64,000 nt of DNA from assembly GCA_030599585.1 (NCBI GenBank), contig JAUVNS010000001.1:320001-384000 (forward strand), given 5' to 3'. Origin of the DNA: Promethearchaeota archaeon (GTDB lineage: Archaea > Asgardarchaeota > Lokiarchaeia > Sigyniarchaeales > SOKP01). Shown here piece by piece: positions 1 through 10,445 of this stretch; position 1 is the stretch's first letter, and each line of letters starts with the position of its first letter. The translations under genes and the position numbers were made by a program. The notes under the pieces are model-generated. The model did no database searches. It was given only the letters and a program-made list of their open reading frames with translations, and was not told the origin of the DNA.

Positions 1-1184
1 TTTGTTCCGTCAGTTGCAGATAAGCCTTCTGGATCTTCCACAGAAACATTAACATCTCCGATAAAATCATCAGTCCATAAATTTGATACTCTCCAACCGG
101 AATCGCCGAAACTCCATGAATAGTTTAGAAGTGGAGAATCTGGAAAAGAATCAGACGAGTCTACTTCGAAAACAAAAGTTTCACCTTCGTTAATGGTGAT
201 AAATTCTTCTATAAGATCGATCGTAGGAGCCTCATTAATCACATAGACGGTTTTATGAATTACATCAATGGTACCATCGTCATCTCTAACTGTTAAACTC
301 ACATCATATTCCCCTGATTGAATATATTGGTGTACTATTCCAAGTCCCCATCCTGTTTGCCCATCTCCAAAGTCCCAATAGTATTGTAAACTTCCGAGAT
401 CAGATTCTGTATCGTTGCTATAAGAAGCGTTGAAATAAAGTGGACACGATTCAAAAATAAAAGCTTCGTCTTCTGTTATCTCTATGATAAAAGGACAATC
501 ACATTTTAACGGTTCAATTATAAAGTTTGCTTTAGGCGCAACATTGTTAATATCTATAAATTTAGTTGTTGAATTGAACGCATTTTGGTCGTCAAATACC
601 GTTAAAGTAACGGGATAAGTTCCTGCCTCTATCCATTTCTTGCTAACATTTTCAGTTGTTAGATATGTTCCATCTCCAAAGTCCCAATTATATTTGACAC
701 TTTCTAAATCAATTTCAGACTCAAGTAATTCGTAAGTTGAGAGATTTACTATCTCATCTTCATAAGCGAAGGATACCATTTTGATATCAAATATGGGGGG
801 TGCATTCATGATTTCCACTTCACAGGTCTTAACATCTGTCAGTCCTGCGAAGCTCACAGCAGTTAAAGATATTAAATATTTACCCTCATATTGAAATGAA
901 TGAGTTATATCTATTTCGGCTGGACCTAATTCTTGATAGGGTGTCCCATCATGAAAATCGACATAAAATGCTACAATATCTGCTTGCCATACACTATCTG
1001 CTTCGAATTCAAATAGAACAGGTTCGTTAACATCTGCTATAAGTTTGTTTGATTTAAATACCACGATCATTGGAGTTAACGGACTTGCTGCTATCATCGC
1101 TACATTTGCTAAAATTATTGTTAAAAGTACTCCGAATGCTTTAATTAATAATTTTTCTCGTTTTTTAATATTAAATTTAAGAAT
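1..1184 (-). CDS. PKD-repeat cell-surface protein (runs off the left edge; absent from the ORF track)
   Basis: Hand translation gives KKREKLLIKAFGVLLTIILANVAMIAAS (signal/anchor), then PKD motifs YNWDFGDG..GTYPVTLTVFDD and YYWDFGDG..GEYDVSLTVRDDDG. Upstream stop at about 1215-1220. Likely start is ATT at 1184 after GAGGCG; the first ATG is at 1097. Confidence 0.85.
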   Translation of the reverse strand, partial: MLKFNIKKREKLLIKAFGVLLTIILANVAMIAASPLTPMIVVFKSNKLIADVNEPVLFEFEADSVWQADIVAFYVDFHDGTPYQELGPAEIDITHSFQYEGKYLISLTAVSFAGLTDVKTCEVEIMNAPPIFDIKMVSFAYEDEIVNLSTYELLESEIDLESVKYNWDFGDGTYLTTENVSKKWIEAGTYPVTLTVFDDQNAFNSTTKFIDINNVAPKANFIIEPLKCDCPFIIEITEDEAFIFESCPLYFNASYSNDTESDLGSLQYYWDFGDGQTGWGLGIVHQYIQSGEYDVSLTVRDDDGTIDVIHKTVYVINEAPTIDLIEEFITINEGETFVFEVDSSDSFPDSPLLNYSWSFGDSGWRVSNLWTDDFIGDVNVSVEDPEGLSATDGT

Positions 1185-1488
1185 AAATTTCGCCTCTATT
1201 TTTTTTGTTAAATTTTATTACTCCTTTTTTTCATGTGAAAAAAGGAACAAAGAATGTTATGTTAAACTGTTATATAAATATTACATTTTTGTGAAATTTT
1301 TGAGAATTATATAAAAAACGCAAATGAGATTTTCGACTAATACTAGATTTCTGAAAACATTGCTAAATAAGATATAAAAACTCTTTTTATGTCTGACACA
1401 TTAAGAGAATAGTATTACTTTTCTTAAGGATAGAAGCTGGTCTGAAGAAAATTCTTCTTTAATGCAAATAAACCAATCATTGAGGTGA

Positions 1489-2910
1489 ATTACTTTCTTT
1501 ATTAAAGAACCTTCAAAAAAAATACCTATACTGGCAAAGACAGATGTTTTGGTTGTTGGTGGAGGACCTGCGGGCCTTGCTGCAGCTATTGCTTCAGCTA
1601 GAGAGGGTGTCAATACATTACTTGTGGAACGCTATGGATGTTTTGGCGGTGTAATAACCCAAACGATGATAGGGACTCTTGGTTGGTATCGCTATGTAAA
1701 AACTATAGATGCCGGAGGAATCATTAAAGAATTTGAACTTAAGGCAAAGGAAATGGGTGGAACTATTAATACATTTAATAAAAAAATAAAAACGACAGAG
1801 ATAGGCAAATTTCTTGAAAAAAAGGGTATATTGGTAGATGGAGTCCCGACCTATGAAATCTTAGATACTGAAATTTTTAAAGTTTTAGCTGATAATATAA
1901 TACAGGAAGCTGGCGTAACTCCACTATTACATTGTCAAGCGGTTGACACTCTCATGGATGGGAATACGATTAGAGGAATCATTGTGGAAAGTAAATCTGG
2001 AAGGCAGGCGATCATGGCTAAACGAGTAATCGATGCGACGGGGGATGCGGACATTGCCTATCACGCTGGAGCTCCTTATAGAAAAGACCCCAAGAATAAA
2101 TTGATGGGAGTAACGGTGAATTTTGGATGTAGTGGTGTTGATATTCATAAATTTATTACATATCTAATAGAAAAAATACAGAAAAAACCCAAATTTCTTC
2201 CATATTTTCAACAGTCTGGAGAATTATCTTTTATGGATGATTTTACTTGTTTTTTAGAACCAATAAATAGAGCCAATAAAGGAGATATTGTTCCTGAAAG
2301 TATACCGATAAGAAAGATATGGAACCAATATGTAGAATTAGGAATTATCAATTCTTTTAATGGTATCCACATAAGTGACATAGACTGTACAGATGTATTC
2401 GATCTCACTAAAGCTGAGATGGAAGGAAGAAAGCGAATAATCAAATTAATTAACTCTTTGAGAAGGCGAACTCCTGGATTTGAAAAAGTAAGGCTAAAAA
2501 ATATAGGATCGTCATTAGGTACGCGGGAATCACGTAAAATAATTGGCGATTACAACATCACTGAATACGACGTTAAAAATCAAGCCCGTTTCAAGGATTC
2601 TATAGGAGTTTGCCCAGAATTCCTCGATGCATATGGTACAGTAATCATGCCTACTACAGGTAGATTCTTCCAAATACCATATGGAATCGTCCTTCCAAAG
2701 AAAGTCGAAAACCTTCTTGTAGCTGGTCGATGCGTAGCGGGAGATAAAATGTCTCACGCTGCCACCCGCCAGATGGTTTGTTGTATTGCCACAGGACAAG
2801 GTGCTGGTGTGGCTGCTGCAGTATCGATTAAAGAAAATACAATTTGTAGAGAAGTAGATATTTCGTTAGTCCAGACAGCCCTTGAAAATCAAGGAGTAAG
2901 AATAAGATGA
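1489..2910 (+). CDS. FAD-dependent oxidoreductase (FAD_oxidored-type)
   Basis: DVLVVGGGPAG, LLVERYGCFGG, IDATGDAD, RESR and NLLVAGR motifs. The frame is open upstream of TTG 1549 to 1489 (ITFFIKEPSKKIPI), directly after GAGGTG; the exact start is uncertain. Confidence 0.85.
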   Translation: MTFFIKEPSKKIPILAKTDVLVVGGGPAGLAAAIASAREGVNTLLVERYGCFGGVITQTMIGTLGWYRYVKTIDAGGIIKEFELKAKEMGGTINTFNKKIKTTEIGKFLEKKGILVDGVPTYEILDTEIFKVLADNIIQEAGVTPLLHCQAVDTLMDGNTIRGIIVESKSGRQAIMAKRVIDATGDADIAYHAGAPYRKDPKNKLMGVTVNFGCSGVDIHKFITYLIEKIQKKPKFLPYFQQSGELSFMDDFTCFLEPINRANKGDIVPESIPIRKIWNQYVELGIINSFNGIHISDIDCTDVFDLTKAEMEGRKRIIKLINSLRRRTPGFEKVRLKNIGSSLGTRESRKIIGDYNITEYDVKNQARFKDSIGVCPEFLDAYGTVIMPTTGRFFQIPYGIVLPKKVENLLVAGRCVAGDKMSHAATRQMVCCIATGQGAGVAAAVSIKENTICREVDISLVQTALENQGVRIR

Positions 2911-3001
2911 AATTATAGCGTCAATTTGAAACTTTCTTTAAGATAAAATAGAAGATTTCTTCAAAATAAATTTTATATAGGTCGGAATTATCTTTCATAT
3001 T

Positions 3002-3739
3002 ATGAACGATTTCAAAGACAATTTTGGGGATGAATTCCAACAGAAATCTAAATATGTTAGGAATAAAATACCCCGACACGCTTTAGATTGGTCAAGAAAG
3101 CCGGAAACTTTTAAGACTTATCCTGATGCTGATAAAAAAATCGATCTACCTGACCCGAAATTTGATGAAACAATCCAATTCTGGAATGTAATCAAAAATA
3201 GGCATTCGACTAGAAAATTCACCAGAGAACCTCTATCCCTGATGGATTTTAGTTTACTTTTGTTTGGTATGTCGGGATTAAATAGAATATTTCCACAATT
3301 TTCGTTTAGGACAGTGCCCTCAGCGGGAGGTTTGTTTCCAATTGAAATTTATCCAGTTGTTAACAGTGTAAAGAATATACATGAAGGATTGTATCACTAT
3401 GATATTCAGAACCATTCAATAGAGTTATTAAAAGAAGGAAACTTTCGAGGAAAAGTAGCAGAAGGGTGTCTTGATCAGAAAATGGCATATAACTCCGCTG
3501 TTAACTTCATTTGGACAGCTGTAATTGAGCGGTCTCAATGGAAATATCTTCAAAGATGTTATAGATATATTTATTTAGATGCGGGGCATATTGGACAGAA
3601 TTTTTATCTGGTTACAGAAGCACTCAATCTTGGTGCTTGTACGATAGGAGCAATATATGACGATGAATTAAATCATTTTCTGGGAATCGATGGGAGAAAT
3701 GAAACTACGATATATGTTGGCGTAGTAGGTAAAATATAA
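3002..3739 (+). CDS. SagB/ThcOx-family nitroreductase-like dehydrogenase
   Basis: RHSTRKF, RTVPSAGGLFPIEIY, GLYHY, LDAGHIGQN and GACTIGA motifs. Confidence 0.9.
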   Translation: MNDFKDNFGDEFQQKSKYVRNKIPRHALDWSRKPETFKTYPDADKKIDLPDPKFDETIQFWNVIKNRHSTRKFTREPLSLMDFSLLLFGMSGLNRIFPQFSFRTVPSAGGLFPIEIYPVVNSVKNIHEGLYHYDIQNHSIELLKEGNFRGKVAEGCLDQKMAYNSAVNFIWTAVIERSQWKYLQRCYRYIYLDAGHIGQNFYLVTEALNLGACTIGAIYDDELNHFLGIDGRNETTIYVGVVGKI

Positions 3740-3756
3740 AAAAAAAAGGTTAGGAT

Positions 3757-5553
3757 TTATTTCTTCCTTCCTCGAACTAAACTTAGAATTATAACTGCTG
3801 CAAGAGCTCCTAAACCTATGGCTAATCCGAAGATCAATCCAAGGATAAAGGGATCTAGTCCCGGGCTGGGCGTTATAGGCGCAGTACAGATATTATTCTC
3901 GAAAAGATTATTAACGCTGCCTGTTTCGTTGTAACAATCTAAATTATTAAGAAAAGTATTGCCAAGTATTTTGTTATTATTACTTGTATCTAAATAAGTC
4001 CCATTATTATTGTTATTGGCAGTATTCGAAAATATTACATTATCATCGCTTAAATCAAGATGGATTCCATTCATTTCGTTGTTATTGGCAGTATTCAATG
4101 TAATAAAATTTGTATCACTATTTTCTAAGAAAATACCATGCTCCATATTATCTGAAGCGGTGTTTTGATATATAATATTGTCATTACTATTACTCTCAAG
4201 CATAATACCACTCAAATTGTTAAGCGACGCCATATTTCCAGATAGAAAATTCCGTTCAGAACCTTGATAAATTAATATTCCGTTTTCCCCATTATATTGT
4301 GCGTCATTGCCATCAATTAAACTATCATCAGTGTCAAATAATCTTATTCCATTTAGACTATTTTCATAAGCTTTATTATTACTACAAGTTAAATTTACAC
4401 CGTTATTCATCCTAATTCCGTGTCGTGTATTGTTTAAAGCAATATTATCCAAGATTACGGAATCATCGCAATTGAAAAGCCAAATTCCTTCTTCTCCGTT
4501 ATGATTAGCAGTATTTTCCTTGAGTGTATTGTTGTGACTATCAGTTCGTAGCTCAATTCCACTAAGAGCATTATTATTTGCGGTATTTTCGGATAATGTG
4601 TTATAAATGCTAGAGTCAAAAATGTATATACCACGATTATTGTTATTAGCATGATTTAATGATAGTGTGAATCTACCACTTTGTTCCAACAAAATTCCAT
4701 CATCAGTATTGTCGTTAATATCATTATTTAAAATGCTACCATCCCAACTTTCAAATACATAAATACCGTTAGCACTATTAGGTCCAATCGTATTTCCTTC
4801 GATTATAGTATTATTTGAATTCTCGTTATAAATTCCGTTAGAATTGTTAAAGATAATATTATCGGTTAATGTAATATCGATACAATCATCAAGAAATATA
4901 CCTGCAGCAGCACTTTCAGATATTGTATTATCTGTAAAAGTAACGTCTTCACAATTATCTAATTGGACACCGTAATTTACAGAGGAGCCATCAACGAGAT
5001 TTAAATTAAAATCTAAATCATGCGAGTTTACTATAATTAAACCTGATCCACATAATGACACATTATTGTTTACGAAAGATATCTGACTACAATTATCAAC
5101 ATAAATGCCCCCCCAAATGAAGACTATTTGATTGTCTTCAACTAATCCATTCGTTGTATTTACCAAACGAATTCCTGCTACTAATCCAGAAGTTATGAAC
5201 TCACAATTAATAACTCTGAAGTGTTTTCTCGAGTTAGCAATCGTTAAAGGCCAACCACTTGTGAGATTGAACAAATCACCACTTATGATATATGGATCCC
5301 CAGAAGTCCCAGAGCCAGTACAAATACCTTCAGCTGAAGCGTTTGCCCAGTCTTTCGTAGGGTCGGTATCGTCAATCTCTATCGTGCTATTATAAGTTGC
5401 TGAGGTATTTAACCCATCAAGAAAAGTTACTTGGTTTGATGCTGTTGAAATTGGCAAATTAGTAAAAAAAAGCCCAATATTCATCGCTAATATTGTTATT
5501 AAAACAGATAAGAATACAATAGTTCTTGTGTTTTTTGATTTCATTTCTTTCAC
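3757..5553 (-). CDS. Membrane-anchored right-handed beta-helix (NosD/CASH-like) surface protein
   Basis: Signal peptide, GSGTSGDPYII, many N..GI.L..S.NN.I..N.A..N repeats, C-terminal PG plus TM helix plus RGRKK. Confidence 0.85.
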   Translation of the reverse strand: MKEMKSKNTRTIVFLSVLITILAMNIGLFFTNLPISTASNQVTFLDGLNTSATYNSTIEIDDTDPTKDWANASAEGICTGSGTSGDPYIISGDLFNLTSGWPLTIANSRKHFRVINCEFITSGLVAGIRLVNTTNGLVEDNQIVFIWGGIYVDNCSQISFVNNNVSLCGSGLIIVNSHDLDFNLNLVDGSSVNYGVQLDNCEDVTFTDNTISESAAAGIFLDDCIDITLTDNIIFNNSNGIYNENSNNTIIEGNTIGPNSANGIYVFESWDGSILNNDINDNTDDGILLEQSGRFTLSLNHANNNNRGIYIFDSSIYNTLSENTANNNALSGIELRTDSHNNTLKENTANHNGEEGIWLFNCDDSVILDNIALNNTRHGIRMNNGVNLTCSNNKAYENSLNGIRLFDTDDSLIDGNDAQYNGENGILIYQGSERNFLSGNMASLNNLSGIMLESNSNDNIIYQNTASDNMEHGIFLENSDTNFITLNTANNNEMNGIHLDLSDDNVIFSNTANNNNNGTYLDTSNNNKILGNTFLNNLDCYNETGSVNNLFENNICTAPITPSPGLDPFILGLIFGLAIGLGALAAVIILSLVRGRKK

Positions 5554-5855
5554 TCTCTAATTTCTTGTTATATTTGGTGTTAATATGGTAATATGATGAT
5601 TTCAGTATTTAAATCTATGTAACTTTAACGAAATGTGTTTTTACTATATTTTTGATTAAAAACAATGAATCAATCAGAAAGTCGACAAAAAAAAAATTAA
5701 GCATCAATCCACATTGTTAAGTATTAATTTTGATAAAGATGATGTATATCCAGTATATAGTTAATATTATATTTTAGGAAGATATCTTTCAGATCATAAA
5801 TTAAAATTAATAGAATTTTCATTACTTATTTCATTATAGATGGAGTTTATTTCTA

Positions 5856-7223
5856 ATGTCTGAACCCGTGACTAATTCAAAAATCATGATTAAACTAGAT
5901 AAGTATTTCCATAAAATTTTTAGTCCAAGTCATTTTGCCTACACTATATTTTTTTTTATTGAAGTCCTTATCTTAATTGTATTTTATTTTTTAGGTAGCA
6001 CTACTTTCGGCAATATTGGGTTATTTTTAGCTACTGTTTTCTCACTTTCATTCATTTTTTTAATGTTTATAGGAGTTTCTTCCAAACTGGAGTCGTATCT
6101 TTTTTCGAAAAGCTTAGATCAACATAAAACAGTGATTTTTGTAGCGACTTTAGGTGCTAGTTTCGTCATTGTTTTATTATATTTCCTATTTGGTGGCTCC
6201 AATCAAATCCCAATACAATTTATAGGATGGGATTACATTCTTCCAGGTTTTTATATTCTAGTTTATTTTGGATGGAACCTAGCTCAAATCTTTTTTTTAA
6301 AAACGAGCTTTGAAGATATTGCGTTTAAAGCAAATGACAAAATATTGACAGATTCAAATTCTAATAGGAACAAATATTTCAGCATCATTTTTTTAATTTT
6401 GGCAATTTCTATTTCTATTTTGACTCAAGTAGGGACATTCTTCGCATTCCTTCCATTTTTTGAACCTCAAACTCCTACAGATTCTTCACTAATATGGTTT
6501 AACGGTTGGAATATTGCCATGTATATTGTTATATTTTTTATCTCCTATCGATTAGTGTTTCTCAATATTAAAAGCATAAAAAATAATACTCCAAACATTT
6601 TCTCTTCAATTTTTTTTGTTCTGGTGTATTTAATTATCTGGTATCGTTCCTTTAGTTTCATAAATTCCTTTAGGAGCGTTTCCTCTGCTTTAGTAGCAGG
6701 TATCGATGCATTTCGGGCATTAATTGATATTGGATTAATGATAATTACGGCTATTCTCGTTATTAAAGGTTTAGGAAGTAAGACTTTTAAATTTCGTATT
6801 TTTAATCCTAACAATTTAGCGTTTTTCCTTTTTGCCTTTACTTTAATTTATATAGAAGGCCAGATTGTCATGATCACGGGAGCTGGCTCTATTTCTGGCA
6901 CCTACACTAATCGAAGTCAAGTTAATTTAGTAAATAATTTTGCGGTATTACTGATAACGATAATTTTTTATTGGTTCTATTCTGAATACACTTTAAAGAA
7001 GAATGGATTGATTTTAAAACAAAATTTTAACCAAAAAGAGGTAATCGAGATAGTAACTGATTTCAAGTCTCATCTAATTAACAGTGGTGCTTTAGACTCA
7101 GAAAAAATAAATGATTGGGAATTCCAAAATTTTCTCAAAAACAAAAAGTTAATTGATGAAGAAGAAAGGGTATCTGAAAGCAATAGACTTGAAGAACCAA
7201 CTAACAATCAGACTGAAATTTAG
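5856..7223 (+). CDS. Multi-pass membrane protein of unknown function
   Basis: 455 aa with about 10 hydrophobic segments and a soluble C-terminal tail. Confidence 0.75.
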   Translation: MSEPVTNSKIMIKLDKYFHKIFSPSHFAYTIFFFIEVLILIVFYFLGSTTFGNIGLFLATVFSLSFIFLMFIGVSSKLESYLFSKSLDQHKTVIFVATLGASFVIVLLYFLFGGSNQIPIQFIGWDYILPGFYILVYFGWNLAQIFFLKTSFEDIAFKANDKILTDSNSNRNKYFSIIFLILAISISILTQVGTFFAFLPFFEPQTPTDSSLIWFNGWNIAMYIVIFFISYRLVFLNIKSIKNNTPNIFSSIFFVLVYLIIWYRSFSFINSFRSVSSALVAGIDAFRALIDIGLMIITAILVIKGLGSKTFKFRIFNPNNLAFFLFAFTLIYIEGQIVMITGAGSISGTYTNRSQVNLVNNFAVLLITIIFYWFYSEYTLKKNGLILKQNFNQKEVIEIVTDFKSHLINSGALDSEKINDWEFQNFLKNKKLIDEEERVSESNRLEEPTNNQTEI

Positions 7224-7229
7224 TATCAC

Positions 7230-8462
7230 TTAATTACTAGTAATTTCGTAATCTCTAAGGATTACATCAAGAGATTCATCTGAATATATTATCTCATTGA
7301 AAATTTTTATTAATAATTTTATAATCGCTCTTGGATTACCTTCAGCTCTATTAAATACATACTTTAAAATGTGCTTATTTAACGGATAATACGGATTTTG
7401 GAACGCCTTGGAAAACTCAGTATGATCAATGCTTTCGTAAAACTTGCTCATTGTACTACTGTATAACTCGTAAACATCTTCTTCTTTGAATTCACAGAGA
7501 TAATATGGTTCCTTTAGAGAGGATAATAGTTCGGGGGGTTTTTCACTATATTTTTTCCTGATTTCTACTAAAGATTCCTTCGATTTCAAGGTAATAATAA
7601 TGCGCAAACCCTCAATATTTTGAAGCTGGACTATTTTATTAAATATTTTATCAGCAGCGATATCGTTTGGAGACACTTCGGTTCCATATAACCAGCTAGG
7701 ATCGAAAACCTCTTCGGCTTGTGCAGATTGTGGGTTCATAATTGAAATTATCTTTCCAAAATCGTCTATAAATAAAATTGTCCCCGATTTGGAGTTCTCA
7801 ACTAGAAGTCGGAGCATTAAGTAAGCGTTTTTCCCTTTGCGAAGATCGTGAGTGAGATTTAGAGTGGATAATTCCTTAACATCCATTAGTTCGCCGAGTA
7901 GCCATCTCTCTGCTTCGATTTTTTTATAAGGATCTAATTGATGGATTGTTATTCCATTTATCACGTCCTTTAGAGTTTCAGGTTCTACTTCTTTGTATTT
8001 ATTTGATAGCTGTTCGAAAGCGTGTTTTTGCACTTTTTCGATATCTGCAACATGAAAAAATCCAAATTTTCTCTCTAATGCTCCCCATTTGTCACACAAT
8101 TGATTTACGATATATCTCAAGGGTTCCATTTCAAGATTTTCTATAAATTCGGAATAAATATTAGAAAAAAGCTTTTTATAAACGTATTCAAGCGAGATAT
8201 AAATCGTATTGTAATAATAAAGATTGTTTCTTAAAGCCCAAAAAAGATGAGTTTTCCCAGATCCAATGTCCCCAATAATAGGAAGGATGAAGTTAGTCTC
8301 ATTTTTTACTAGTTCTTTAATTTTGTTAATTAAATCTATTCTCGAATTAACTAAATCTAAATCCTCCTTAATCTCGCCGGTACTAACAAATTTCTTAAAA
8401 GGATTATTTCCCCATTTAATAATGTTGAGCAATAATTCTTTTCTATTTTCGTATACTATCAT
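7230..8462 (-). CDS. P-loop AAA+ ATPase (DUF2791/BrxD-like)
   Basis: Walker A GDIGSGKT, Walker B ILFIDD, RWLLGE and GNPRAI motifs. Confidence 0.7.
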   Translation of the reverse strand: MIVYENRKELLLNIIKWGNNPFKKFVSTGEIKEDLDLVNSRIDLINKIKELVKNETNFILPIIGDIGSGKTHLFWALRNNLYYYNTIYISLEYVYKKLFSNIYSEFIENLEMEPLRYIVNQLCDKWGALERKFGFFHVADIEKVQKHAFEQLSNKYKEVEPETLKDVINGITIHQLDPYKKIEAERWLLGELMDVKELSTLNLTHDLRKGKNAYLMLRLLVENSKSGTILFIDDFGKIISIMNPQSAQAEEVFDPSWLYGTEVSPNDIAADKIFNKIVQLQNIEGLRIIITLKSKESLVEIRKKYSEKPPELLSSLKEPYYLCEFKEEDVYELYSSTMSKFYESIDHTEFSKAFQNPYYPLNKHILKYVFNRAEGNPRAIIKLLIKIFNEIIYSDESLDVILRDYEITSN

Positions 8463-8474
8463 GTTTAAAAAACC

Positions 8475-9113
8475 TTATAGCTTTAGTTCTTCAATTCCGA
8501 GAATAATAATATATTTTAATTCGGTTAAAGATTTTTTAACATTCATGTACGGCTCAAAGGAAACAAGAAGATTCTCATTCTCATCGCGTCCTACGATCAA
8601 ACAATCGTAGAATACCGGATCAATTCTCTCATCAATTACTACTCTATCAGCTAAGATGACTCCATTCCCTACTAATGATACAGGGTTTCTGAGCATTTCC
8701 TCCCTAAAAAATTCCAGATGATTAATTCCATATTCATAGTCGTCTAAATACAGGGCAGCAGTGTTTAACTTGTTTAAAGTGTAAGGATAGGCGTCAGAGA
8801 ACTGGCCTTCATCGTAAACTTGCATGAGATCTTCTGATATTAGAATTGAATATTCAATCGACTCAAAATCCTCGTACCACTGTACCTCTATCTTTCGAGA
8901 AAATGCTAATTTTTTACCGTAAATTAATTCGAACCCAACTCTTAGGCCATTATTAATGAAAATGCCTTCTGAATCAGATATTTTTAGGTTGTCTGAGAAA
9001 ATAATGGAATCGTTCTCATCCTTGCATCGAGTAATTATTGATCCTTGGAACTCTCCTTCCAAATTTATGCCTTTTACAGAATCGTATAGGATAATGTTTT
9101 CGGTATTACTCAT
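8475..9113 (-). CDS. Hypothetical acidic protein, probably co-transcribed with the ATPase
   Basis: 212-aa ORF ending 12 bp before the ATPase start. Confidence 0.7.
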   Translation of the reverse strand: MSNTENIILYDSVKGINLEGEFQGSIITRCKDENDSIIFSDNLKISDSEGIFINNGLRVGFELIYGKKLAFSRKIEVQWYEDFESIEYSILISEDLMQVYDEGQFSDAYPYTLNKLNTAALYLDDYEYGINHLEFFREEMLRNPVSLVGNGVILADRVVIDERIDPVFYDCLIVGRDENENLLVSFEPYMNVKKSLTELKYIIILGIEELKL

Positions 9114-9199
9114 AATTAGTGTTGAATCAAGTTAGCTTTTCCTTAATACGAAAGATAGGATTGTATATATAAGTATAAGTATAATACTATATAATTAGT

Positions 9200-10444
9200 A
9201 TGGGTTCAATTAGTCTATCCAATAAAATATGTGAACTGTCTAAGGAAGATTTGCTTCAGAGGGCAAACGAATTCATTTTTTCTTCGGGATTGAATGACGG
9301 TGCTTCGAAACTGTGTAAAGCCAACATGAAATATGGTTTAGCACAATTCCATCTTATTCAAGAAAAATATGGTTTTAAACCTAAAGCAACCTTTATTTCA
9401 TCCCCTGATGAAACAATTTCAAGAAATAATTTCCGTTGGAATTCTGGATTGGGATATGGTGGAAGATTAAATTGGGGAGAAGGGGACGATAAATTAATAT
9501 TTTTAAATATTAAGCCTAATTGTTGCGGATTATTAGTCGGAGGATTAGAAGAGTTACCTGATCCTTACGATATCATAAAAAAAATAGACACTGTAAAGAG
9601 TACCGAATTATATTACGATGATGCTTTAATTAATTGGGATTATGGTGTTTCTAATCACTTCATTAATTGTTTTGAAACAAAAAATCTATCTGATACCAAC
9701 TTTCCTCCTTATATGTTCATGATACATGGCTCTGCTCCTGAATTTCGCGACGACAGGCATGGAATTGGTTTGTACATTGACACTTCGAAGTCATTAAAAG
9801 AACGAGCTATTGAGGAACAAACGGTATTTGGGAAACAATATATATTATTAGACTCTGATGCGGAAGAATATCTTGAATTTAATAAAAAGGCACTTAATTT
9901 TTCGAATAAGAAGAGAGAAATGATAGCTCGCAAGATTTTTAATCCAGATTACAAAGTAGTATGTAACACACCACACCAATTCTTAAAAGACTTCAATAAT
10001 ATGTATTTAGGAAGTAATTGTACTGACATAAAAAGCAACAGCCTTCACACTAACATTTTCCCTACGGCATTACGCGCCGATTTAGCGTGTTATCTTTGGA
10101 GAGGTAAAAAAAGTTATTCGAGAACTACACTAAGAAACAATGATTTCTTCACAAGAGCTGAAGATTTAGAGCTTCTTGACTTACTGAGCAACGCTGATAT
10201 ACTACCACACGGTGGGGGTTACATGTTACCTGATATAAGAAGAGTACAAAAAGTTTTGGAATACAAGTATCAAAGATATTTTGTGTGCGAACTAGAAAAA
10301 GATACAGAAAAATTAAAAATCGTGAAAAATGTTAAAGAGTTACAATTCATATATAGAGGACGGGATGTTATACTCAAGTCCATTCAGTTTGAACTCGGTG
10401 AAATCATTGCCCGATTAAACCCTATCTTTTCTCTTAAACTATAA
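9200..10444 (+). CDS. Divergent RtcB-family RNA ligase-like protein
   Basis: RtcB-type motifs in the expected order: SPD..GLGYGG, PNCCG, GVSNHF, MIHGS, TPHQ, LPHGGG. Confidence 0.7.
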   Translation: MGSISLSNKICELSKEDLLQRANEFIFSSGLNDGASKLCKANMKYGLAQFHLIQEKYGFKPKATFISSPDETISRNNFRWNSGLGYGGRLNWGEGDDKLIFLNIKPNCCGLLVGGLEELPDPYDIIKKIDTVKSTELYYDDALINWDYGVSNHFINCFETKNLSDTNFPPYMFMIHGSAPEFRDDRHGIGLYIDTSKSLKERAIEEQTVFGKQYILLDSDAEEYLEFNKKALNFSNKKREMIARKIFNPDYKVVCNTPHQFLKDFNNMYLGSNCTDIKSNSLHTNIFPTALRADLACYLWRGKKSYSRTTLRNNDFFTRAEDLELLDLLSNADILPHGGGYMLPDIRRVQKVLEYKYQRYFVCELEKDTEKLKIVKNVKELQFIYRGRDVILKSIQFELGEIIARLNPIFSLKL

Positions 10445-10445
10445 T

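Noticed and set aside
1045-1314. 89-aa plus-strand ORF and the many other short antisense or nested ORFs in the track
   Set aside because: They are shadows of longer, motif-supported genes; this one is antisense to the PKD gene.
7230-8462. BREX defence system
   Set aside because: The ATPase is only BrxD-like; no pglZ, pglX or brxC is nearby.
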